Virus record (IMG/VR): IMGVR_UViG_3300020044_009410
Coordinates: 1 to 46,754 of that record
From: a virus
Lineage: Duplodnaviria; Caudoviricetes
Length of the DNA: 46,754 nucleotides
Strand: one strand, 5' to 3'
The translations under genes were made by a program, and so were the position numbers. Positions 16,835 through 24,245 of the stretch are shown piece by piece. How positions within the stretch are numbered: position 1 is the stretch's first letter; the number at the start of each line of letters is the position of its first letter. The notes under the pieces are model-generated. The model saw only the letters and a program-made list of their open reading frames with translations. It searched no databases and was not told the origin of the DNA.

Positions 16835-17359
16835 ATGGAAGACAAGACGATTGAACAGGAAATTCTGGATAAAGGTTTAACTTTACCAAGAGTTACGCCA
16901 GCCGACATAGAGGCGAACATTGCCAGCGAACACTACTTCACTGCCGAAGATGGAGTTGGTCGTGCAAACAAAGGGCAAACAAGTTTTTGCGGCAAGAACC
17001 CAGTGAGCCTATCGCTTCTAACATTCTGTGTCCTAGTCCTACGTAACGGTTTTACTGTTGCTGGTGAAAGCGCATGTGCTAGCCCTGAAAATTTTGACGC
17101 TGAACTTGGTCGCAAGATTGCACGCCAAAACGCGGTTCAGAAGGTTTGGGGTTTAATGGGCTATGAATTAAAAAGCAGATTGAATAATCAAAAGATGATT
17201 GTGGATGATAACGAGGCTGTAACAATTACCAAACAAGAATATGATAGCTTTCTTTATTATTCTAGCAAACTTAATGCACTTGAACGCGCTGGCGTTGTTG
17301 ATAATTGGAGTGGCTATGATTATGCTATGGAGTTATTTAGCCAGAAAGTATGGAGTTAA
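16835..17359 (+). CDS. Phage gp49/gp66 family protein (possible Acb4-type nucleotide sponge) with extra C-terminal domain
   Basis: PRVTPADIEA...LTFCVLVLRNGFTV.GESACASPENFDAELGRKIA..NA..KVW.LMGYEL. Confidence 0.8.
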   Translation: MEDKTIEQEILDKGLTLPRVTPADIEANIASEHYFTAEDGVGRANKGQTSFCGKNPVSLSLLTFCVLVLRNGFTVAGESACASPENFDAELGRKIARQNAVQKVWGLMGYELKSRLNNQKMIVDDNEAVTITKQEYDSFLYYSSKLNALERAGVVDNWSGYDYAMELFSQKVWS

Positions 17360-17450
17360 TACCTAAAGTTCCAAACCAGCCAATTACAAACCAATGGAAC
17401 GACTTTATAAATAATTGCAAATATTTTGCATCAAGCAGGAGTGAAACAAA

Positions 17451-17951
17451 ATGACTAATTTTGACAGAACAAAACAGTGGCTTAAAGATGCTGGACAGAA
17501 GCCAGAGCATTTGAATGCGCAGATTGCTGCTAGTATCGAGGAGTTTGGCGAGTATTTAATGGCTGTAAGGTTGGTGACAATAGCCACAAAAGGCGTAGAT
17601 AGTGCTTATTTTGTTGCAATGAGAACTCTTGAGTTATTAAAGCATCTTGTAAAAGATGATGGGATAGAATTTAATAAAAATATATCCGTATCTGGATTGT
17701 GCGGTCTAGCAGATGCAATTGCAGATGTTAAAGTCACCGTTGATGGCGTTGCATCGATGTTCAATTTTGATCAAAATGAGATTGATAAGCGCGTGCTTGA
17801 TTCTAATGATGCAAAGCTTGTTGTTGTAGATGGTGTGCGTAAAGCTGTTAGGAATGAAAGCGGCAAGATAATGAAGCCAGAGGGTTGGCAAGCTCCAGAC
17901 TTTGAAGATTTATTTGATATTGACGCGCCTTGCTTTGATGAGGAAGAATAA
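17451..17951 (+). CDS. MazG-like nucleotide pyrophosphohydrolase
   Basis: IEEFGE, DAIAD, V.DSN.AK, GKIMKPEGW.APD. Confidence 0.85.
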   Translation: MTNFDRTKQWLKDAGQKPEHLNAQIAASIEEFGEYLMAVRLVTIATKGVDSAYFVAMRTLELLKHLVKDDGIEFNKNISVSGLCGLADAIADVKVTVDGVASMFNFDQNEIDKRVLDSNDAKLVVVDGVRKAVRNESGKIMKPEGWQAPDFEDLFDIDAPCFDEEE

Positions 17952-18161
17952 ATGGAAAAGATAAGTATTGACATGTTTAAGAAAGGGCTTAGCTACAACC
18001 AAATAGCTTCACTTTGCGGGCTTACTAGGGCGCAAGTAATCTATTTTGCGTTTAAGCATAATGTCAATACCAAAAACATTAGAATCGAAGCAAGGAAGCC
18101 AACGTATATACATGGGTCTTTCTACAATAACCCTTTCAACTTGGGAAAAGAAAATGCATGA
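17952..18161 (+). CDS. Small HTH protein (GcrA-like N-terminus)
   Basis: GLSYNQIASLCGLTRAQV. Confidence 0.55.
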   Translation: MEKISIDMFKKGLSYNQIASLCGLTRAQVIYFAFKHNVNTKNIRIEARKPTYIHGSFYNNPFNLGKENA

Positions 18162-18663
18162 AAAAATCAATTGCATTACTGCACCAACGCTAGATTTTCA
18201 TTTGGTGACAACCAAAGAGGCGTTCCTTAATCTTTTTGATGAGCATGGGTATGATTATGATGGGCATGCTGTAGATACGCCATGCGATGGTTTTGTTCTT
18301 GGGCTTTGGCATAAAGGAAACGAGGCTGAATGCGTGGTTTATATAAAAGAAGAGTTTATTCTAAAAAGCCCGATGTCTCATGTTGTGAACACTATTGCTC
18401 ACGAATCATCGCATTTGGCAGATAGGTTATTCAAATACATGGGCGAGCATGAGCCTTCAAAAGAGTTTAGGGCGTACACGATTGGCAATATATCGGAAGC
18501 CATTTTTGAGAGACTTGCGGTAAGGTATAAACAATACTTTTCAGATGCGCTTGAACTGCGTATTTTTGAAGACAAAGAAAGCGAGCAAGAGGATAAACAA
18601 GAGAAACACGCAGACGAAGAAAACAAAAGCTTCTTTGATGGTTGCGACGGAATTTTAGGATAA
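18154..18663 (+). CDS. HExxH zincin-like phage protein
   Basis: TIAHESSH...EFRAY. Confidence 0.65.
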   Translation: MHEKINCITAPTLDFHLVTTKEAFLNLFDEHGYDYDGHAVDTPCDGFVLGLWHKGNEAECVVYIKEEFILKSPMSHVVNTIAHESSHLADRLFKYMGEHEPSKEFRAYTIGNISEAIFERLAVRYKQYFSDALELRIFEDKESEQEDKQEKHADEENKSFFDGCDGILG

Positions 18664-18673
18664 GGGTCAAATA

Positions 18674-18859
18674 ATGAGAGACATTAAATGTGAAGTGTCA
18701 GAAGATTTAAAAAATGAGATAACGAAAATTCATAATGAATCAAAGCAAATTTTAGATGAAACTTTGTATCCCCTGGCATTTCTTGATTCGGATGGGTTGG
18801 TAACGGTTTCTCACCGAAGAATAGTGGTAATACCAAAAAGCATGTTAAAACAAACCTAG
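18674..18859 (+). CDS. Hypothetical protein
   Basis: RBS and operon packing. Confidence 0.55.
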   Translation: MRDIKCEVSEDLKNEITKIHNESKQILDETLYPLAFLDSDGLVTVSHRRIVVIPKSMLKQT

Positions 18860-18869
18860 GATAATAGAC

Positions 18870-19166
18870 ATGAAAATAGGGCTTATAGATATTATTTTTC
18901 TTGAATTGCAGTTAAACGATGAAGAATTAGATGATGTTGAAGACTATGGCATTTCTGAAGAAGGCAAAAATACATTTGTAGAAGTAATTAATAATGAGCA
19001 TTCTATTTGGTTTAATTTTACTAGTATTTCTTATGGCTGCTATCATCCATTGGCGTATACAAAAGAAAATATATATTTCTTGGTTTATGAAGATGATTTT
19101 GGAGCTGATGGAGTGCATAAAGGAAGTTATTGCCGAATTGAATCAATACCAAGAAACCCAGAATAG
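18870..19166 (+). CDS. Hypothetical protein
   Basis: AGGA RBS; ends IESIPRNP. Confidence 0.7.
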   Translation: MKIGLIDIIFLELQLNDEELDDVEDYGISEEGKNTFVEVINNEHSIWFNFTSISYGCYHPLAYTKENIYFLVYEDDFGADGVHKGSYCRIESIPRNPE

Positions 19167-19177
19167 GAGTAATTAAA

Positions 19178-19417
19178 ATGAAAGATGAAGATATTGTAGT
19201 ATATGAAGAGTCTGCAGAAGTAAAGCAAGAAGCTATGACAAGCATAACGGATATTTTTTTATCTGGCACTGGCTGGCAGGAAAGTATTGAAAATAGAATT
19301 TTTTGGGAAGATGTTCCAAGTACACCTCTTTTTTTATTTAAAAGAGTTAATGGGTCTATGTATATTGCGGTGGAAAAACAGAATGCGGAAGATGAATTGG
19401 CATTTTTAAAAAATTAG
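19178..19417 (+). CDS. Hypothetical protein
   Basis: AGGAG RBS. Confidence 0.7.
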   Translation: MKDEDIVVYEESAEVKQEAMTSITDIFLSGTGWQESIENRIFWEDVPSTPLFLFKRVNGSMYIAVEKQNAEDELAFLKN

Positions 19418-19425
19418 GAATTAAA

Positions 19426-19617
19426 ATGAAAAAAGTCATCCACAATATTACACTTATCATTCTTATGATAACCTATACTGTGATACTAGTACTAGGCTAT
19501 ACCTCACACCTAGGCACTGGAGCGCATGTGTTAATTACATGCACAATCTTTGTTCTTGCGTGGGAACTTTTAGATAATATGGAAGACTACTCGTTACTCT
19601 ACCAGCTCAATGACTGA
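19426..19617 (+). CDS. Small two-TM membrane protein
   Basis: AGGA RBS; two hydrophobic segments; overlaps end of o-spanin. Confidence 0.6.
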   Translation: MKKVIHNITLIILMITYTVILVLGYTSHLGTGAHVLITCTIFVLAWELLDNMEDYSLLYQLND

Positions 19618-19836
19618 TTTCTTCCTGCGCTCGCAGTCATTAATGATGTGGGCGTTTTCTACTGCAACCCTCAATAACTCGCCCATACTGTTGCCTTTGA
19701 GTTTGGCTGGAACGCACGGGGCTTTTAATTCATCTGGCACGGTAACTTTAACGACTGTTGGAGGCACGGTTGTAAAGCTGCATCCCGCTAGCTGGCAGCT
19801 TGCAATCGCGATACACAATTTTAGTTTTAATCTCAT
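19594..19836 (-). CDS. o-spanin (Rz1-like lipoprotein)
   Basis: LAGC lipobox, VP.EL..PC...C pattern, overlaps the i-spanin 3' end. Confidence 0.85.
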   Translation of the reverse strand: MRLKLKLCIAIASCQLAGCSFTTVPPTVVKVTVPDELKAPCVPAKLKGNSMGELLRVAVENAHIINDCERRKKSVIELVE

Positions 19837-20125
19837 AGTCTAATTCCTTGCTCATTAACGCTTTGATTTGTTCCGCTTTGGCTTGCGCTTCAATCTCTGC
19901 TTGCTTGAGCTGTAAAGTTTTACTTGATAACTCATCTTGTGCTAGCTTTACCGCAGCAGCTTGATCAGATTTGTACTTGTCAAAAACCACTTGCACTTCA
20001 GCTTTGCCTTGTTCGATTAGTCTAGAATCGTAAGCAGTTTTAAGCCAAAGTAACCCAATGATTGCAATAATACCTGCCAATGGTCTCCAGGCACTTAAAA
20101 CAAAGTTCAATAAGATTGTCCACAT
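19748..20125 (-). CDS. i-spanin (Rz-like)
   Basis: N-terminal TM, coiled coil, late Cys; follows endolysin. Confidence 0.85.
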   Translation of the reverse strand: MWTILLNFVLSAWRPLAGIIAIIGLLWLKTAYDSRLIEQGKAEVQVVFDKYKSDQAAAVKLAQDELSSKTLQLKQAEIEAQAKAEQIKALMSKELDYEIKTKIVYRDCKLPASGMQLYNRASNSR

Positions 20126-20550
20126 TATCTAATCCCAGATGAGTATTTGCCGTTACGCATAGTCAAGTCTTGCATGCTATGTCGTCCCTCTACACTGATA
20201 TGCACCCATGTGCCCTCTTCAATTAGCTGCCCATAACGTATTCCGCTATCAATGATTGCTTTGCAAATATCAGATGGTTTACCAAACTTTGGGGCGATGA
20301 AATCACATGCTAAACCACTGCAATGTTCGCTTGATTGCACGCCACCAACAGCACGGTTTAGTTTTGGAGACCTGTATCCACTCGTAATAGTAATCGGCAC
20401 ACCAAGAAGTGACCGAACCTCTTCCATAAGATCAGCAATTTTTTTAATATTACTTCTAAATTCCTGTGGAACAGAATTATCAATCTTAAGCCTTTTAGCG
20501 GTATCAGAGTCTTCAAACTCATTAATCTTAAAATGTTCGGTTAAGTTCAT
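20125..20550 (-). CDS. Endolysin, peptidase M15A family
   Basis: HF...EF, ITSGYRSPKLNRAVGG..SSEH..GLACD, WVHIS. Confidence 0.92.
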   Translation of the reverse strand: MNLTEHFKINEFEDSDTAKRLKIDNSVPQEFRSNIKKIADLMEEVRSLLGVPITITSGYRSPKLNRAVGGVQSSEHCSGLACDFIAPKFGKPSDICKAIIDSGIRYGQLIEEGTWVHISVEGRHSMQDLTMRNGKYSSGIR

Positions 20551-20584
20551 ATCAACACCTCAAAAAATAGGCTTTCGCCATGCA

Positions 20585-22708
20585 TTAATTGTACGTCCCA
20601 TTAATTTGCGCGCCAGCAGCAATAACTGTTGTATCGGTCGCAGCCGCTGCCCCAGTTACAGCGATGCCAATTCCAGTAGGAAACCGCTTCCCAAATCGAC
20701 CAAACTGAAAAGCAGAGAATGCTCCAGCAGAGACTGGAATTGTTAGCACAGGCACATCAGTTCCAACGGTAGGAGCAGTAGCCTTATTGTACAATTTAAC
20801 GTAGATTGTCGCAGCAGTCAAGTTTGAAATCGATATTTCCATGAAATTACCAGCAGTGCTTTTAATTAAAGCCCCGTTTGTTGATGCTGCCGTGACGACG
20901 TTGTATTGCGTGCCAGATACTGGAGTCCCCTCATTAGCGGTAACTGTGGTTATGCCACCAGAAACAATATTAACTGGAACGCCCTTATCAACGCGTGATG
21001 TGCCTTGACCATCAATCATCACTTGCGCTTCGTTGATGGTTTTTAACATTAAATCATGGCTGCGAATTGTTGTACGCAAAATAACAGAACCACCGCAATT
21101 TGTAAGCCCAAGAGACGGACTAAATGACGGGCTAACAGATTGACCAAGTATATTAACAATAGGCTTTAGAATCAATGTGGTGGTTGATACGCTTGCTACT
21201 TCCCATGCCCCATCTAACCCCATGTCTGCGCCAGTGAAATCGACCATAACACCATGCAGGTTAATATAATCACCAATACTAATCCCAGACCAAGATGCAT
21301 TCCCAGTTACTTGAAGCCATGAAGTATTTAAGCTGTATGCCTGAACAGATGATAGATACTGCCCAATAATCCCAGGCTGGTCAGAGCCGCCATTGCATAA
21401 AATAACAGAGCCACCATTTGAAGTTGCGGACGCAATAGAACCATGAACGATTGTGAATGTTGTAGCTGTCAATACAGCAACCTGTGTCGGTGTTGTGATT
21501 GACGCAAAGTTTGTTTGGTCTCTAACCCCTTTAATTGTTATGTAATTGCCAGTAGTTAAGCCATGCGCAACGTCTGTTGTAATTGTTGCAGTTGTAGACC
21601 CAGCTTTTGATATTGAAACAATCTTTGCAATTGGGCGAGACATACCTGGAGGGTTATATAATCGAAATCTAGGCTTTAATTCGGCAGATATTGATGGTTT
21701 TACAGCTGTGCGATTTGCCCTGTGAGACCAAAGAGCCGATGTAGAATCGATTGCTTTGTCTAAAAATGCAACTTCATCAGGTCTAACTTCAATCCTAAAC
21801 CTTGATGTAGCTTTCAGCTCATACTCGCCTAAAATCCCATTTAAATATTGCGGCGCAGTACTTCCAATTGTAACGCGATGATCTCCAAACAATGTTCCTG
21901 ATATTTGTGCATCCCCGCCACCAAATATAGAAAACAAAGCAGAACTTGTAGTAGTTGTTCCTGTAAATCTAAAACCAGCAGCATTTGCGGCACCTTTTGC
22001 ATTGTTGTAAAAATACAACTTTGCAGAGCCAAGAGATGGGTTGATAACTGGCACGGCGAGAGAGGGCAACGCCAGCTCATCTGAAAAACCAGCAGTTATT
22101 GTTTTCCTGTCTGGAGATATATATTTTATTGCCAAATTTTGATAATTCATTCTGCTATCGACAAGACCAACAACATGCACCCAGTCAGACAAATAAACCG
22201 CGCCTGGCTGATTCTTATCAGGGATTGCAGACTCTAGGTTTATTGTTACGATTGTGCCAGCCGCCGCGCTGTAAGCAGCCCCATTATCCGCATTGGATTG
22301 ATATATCGCGGTTATGTTTATCGGCGATGGGGCAATGTCTTCTCCAGTGTCAGCGTTCGCAAACAATGACGCACTAGCAAAAGAATGCCTCTTGCGAATC
22401 ATTGACCCCTCTATTTCAAGAACACATGGCATTCTGGCTGATTCATTAACAACAACGCTCGATTCACCAGTATTCAATGGAGAGGATGATAAGGAAAGTA
22501 TGGCTTGACCATTTGATGTTTTTTGAAGGGTGACAAAGTCCCCAGCAGAAACCCCACTGAAATTATCAAAAGAAGCCAATAATTCAGCAGCGTTCTGGTA
22601 ATCTGGAGCTTCTTGAATTATTGCCCCGCCACCACCGATAAACTCACCCTCAGTATTCACATGAACAACAGGTTTTGCGCTCGTCTTCCACGGTTGAGTT
22701 ACTGACAT
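20585..22708 (-). CDS. 707-aa beta-rich putative virion fibre/adhesin
   Basis: S/T/G/A-rich; TATITTDVAHGLTTGNYITIKGV module; C-terminal AASTN...YVKLYNKATAPTVGTDVPV...F.TGI module. Confidence 0.65.
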   Translation of the reverse strand: MSVTQPWKTSAKPVVHVNTEGEFIGGGGAIIQEAPDYQNAAELLASFDNFSGVSAGDFVTLQKTSNGQAILSLSSSPLNTGESSVVVNESARMPCVLEIEGSMIRKRHSFASASLFANADTGEDIAPSPINITAIYQSNADNGAAYSAAAGTIVTINLESAIPDKNQPGAVYLSDWVHVVGLVDSRMNYQNLAIKYISPDRKTITAGFSDELALPSLAVPVINPSLGSAKLYFYNNAKGAANAAGFRFTGTTTTSSALFSIFGGGDAQISGTLFGDHRVTIGSTAPQYLNGILGEYELKATSRFRIEVRPDEVAFLDKAIDSTSALWSHRANRTAVKPSISAELKPRFRLYNPPGMSRPIAKIVSISKAGSTTATITTDVAHGLTTGNYITIKGVRDQTNFASITTPTQVAVLTATTFTIVHGSIASATSNGGSVILCNGGSDQPGIIGQYLSSVQAYSLNTSWLQVTGNASWSGISIGDYINLHGVMVDFTGADMGLDGAWEVASVSTTTLILKPIVNILGQSVSPSFSPSLGLTNCGGSVILRTTIRSHDLMLKTINEAQVMIDGQGTSRVDKGVPVNIVSGGITTVTANEGTPVSGTQYNVVTAASTNGALIKSTAGNFMEISISNLTAATIYVKLYNKATAPTVGTDVPVLTIPVSAGAFSAFQFGRFGKRFPTGIGIAVTGAAAATDTTVIAAGAQINGTYN

Positions 22709-22710
22709 AT

Positions 22711-22848
22711 TTACACCTCTTCCATCGGCTTAGCAAGTTTAATTGCGTTTGGCAATAAGTCTGGCGTGATAGTATTGTTGATTCCTATCCGCTTTGATGT
22801 TGTGGAATCTTCTAATCCAAATTTAGAGAAGTGTAGCGTAAGTTGCAT
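22711..22848 (-). pseudogene. Truncated M15 endolysin N-terminus (45 aa; not in ORF track)
   Basis: MQLTLHFSKFGLEDSTTSKRIGINNTITPDLLPNAIKLAKPMEEV aligns without gaps to endolysin residues 1-45, 20/45 identical. Confidence 0.85.
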
Positions 22849-22871
22849 AACTTTGCCTTTCCGTGTATAAT
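22843..22871 (+). promoter_or_regulatory. Sigma70-like promoter antisense to the late operon
   Basis: TTGCAT-N17-TATAAT. Confidence 0.55.
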
Positions 22872-23093
22872 CCAGTTAACCCCCCACGTTGGAATGGATT
22901 AAGTTCCTGTACACTGTGGTTTAAGCCGCCTTTATTGGTGGCTTTATAATTTAAAGTATCCTACGGCATGCCGATGTTTAGCTGCTGTATCAGTAAGTTG
23001 CAAAGCCCTTTTAGCAACAGCATGGAAACCATGTGGGCGCAGTGTTAGAAACTTTCACTTGCATTGGCTTAGTAGTGGAAACCGCATAAAATA

Positions 23094-23318
23094 CTAAGCC
23101 GCATTCTTATTTTTTTTCTTTCTGCTAAAATCGATAATCCGAACTATATTTATCAGCAAAAAACTACCACAAGCCAGCCATCGTATTTCATCTGCTGTAA
23201 ATGCTTTTTTAAATTCATTTGGCAGGACTTCCCATGCGCCGCAAATTGTTGCTCCTAGACCAGCAACTTGCATACTTGACCATCTCCAACTTTGTTTCCA
23301 ATTATCAACAAGTTTCAT
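23094..23318 (-). CDS. Putative holin
   Basis: MKLVDNWKQSWRWSSMQ start, two TM segments, basic C-terminal tail. Confidence 0.75.
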   Translation of the reverse strand: MKLVDNWKQSWRWSSMQVAGLGATICGAWEVLPNEFKKAFTADEIRWLACGSFLLINIVRIIDFSRKKKNKNAA

Positions 23319-23806
23319 TTTGCGCTTTCCATCTTCTCAAGTTTATCAAGTCGATCAATTATTATATTTATTTTTGCTGGTGTTGATGCGACTTCTTTTA
23401 TTACAGTTCCAACCCATGCTCCAAACACCAAGAATACAACTCCAGCTACTTTTTGCAATGTTTTTAGTGTTTGTCTGTCTTGTTCAATCTTTAAAATAAA
23501 CCGCTCAAACATTTCTGTTTTTTCGGAGTAGTATTTAGATAGCTCATCGATTCGCTCATTTGCTTTGATTATCTGCAAATGTGTGTCTATTTTTATCTGC
23601 CCAAGGTCTTCCCTTATTTCTTTTTGAGCTGTCAGGCTTTCTCTGAAGAGTTCTTTTGATTCTGCTGCATGATCTGATAACTCCTCTAGCGCATGCATCA
23701 TAGCAGCATTAGTATGCCCAATCATTCTTAAAGCGGTTCTAAAATCATCTAGATTAACCGCTTTATCGAAGTCATTGTTAAGCCTCTGTAGAACTGGTTC
23801 AGCCAT
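23315..23806 (-). CDS. Coiled-coil single-TM protein (lysis-associated?)
   Basis: GGAGGA RBS; coiled coil then VAGVVFLVFGAWVGTVI. Confidence 0.6.
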   Translation of the reverse strand: MAEPVLQRLNNDFDKAVNLDDFRTALRMIGHTNAAMMHALEELSDHAAESKELFRESLTAQKEIREDLGQIKIDTHLQIIKANERIDELSKYYSEKTEMFERFILKIEQDRQTLKTLQKVAGVVFLVFGAWVGTVIKEVASTPAKINIIIDRLDKLEKMESAK

Positions 23807-24245
23807 CAACAATCCTCCCATGCGCTTGACAAATAAACAATAGATCTTGCGGTGTAATCCTGTTTAGGTATTTGCTTGGGATAAATGGTGAGCCGCTTTC
23901 AATAATTGATTTCGCTAATAGCTCACTACAAAACCACTTGTTATCCTTCTGCCAATCCCTGTGTAGAAATATACCGAATAAAGCAGATATATCATAATCT
24001 TTACCAATTTGCAATAGTAGGAAATTTTCAGCCTTTTGCTCGTCTTCTAAGTCTAATTCATAAATAATATATTTTGATGAGTCACTAATCACTTCGCTAA
24101 GCTGGTTTGACTGAACGCCAGAAAACTTAGCTTCAATAACCATATTGTTTTTTGAGATAAACCCGCAATGTGAGTATTCAGACCATGTGATGAATCTGAT
24201 TATAGGAGATAACGGTAAATGGTTTCTAGTAAAGATTATCTTCAT
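23799..24245 (-). CDS. Permuted papain-like amidase (YiiX/YebB, peptidase C92)
   Basis: YSHCG, IGKDYD, WFCSEL, ITPQDL. Confidence 0.88.
   Translation of the reverse strand: MKIIFTRNHLPLSPIIRFITWSEYSHCGFISKNNMVIEAKFSGVQSNQLSEVISDSSKYIIYELDLEDEQKAENFLLLQIGKDYDISALFGIFLHRDWQKDNKWFCSELLAKSIIESGSPFIPSKYLNRITPQDLLFICQAHGRIVDG

Noticed and set aside
20561-20580. ggc-gaaa-gcc plus T-run between the 707-aa gene and endolysin as a terminator
   Set aside because: Stem is only 3 bp; too weak to call
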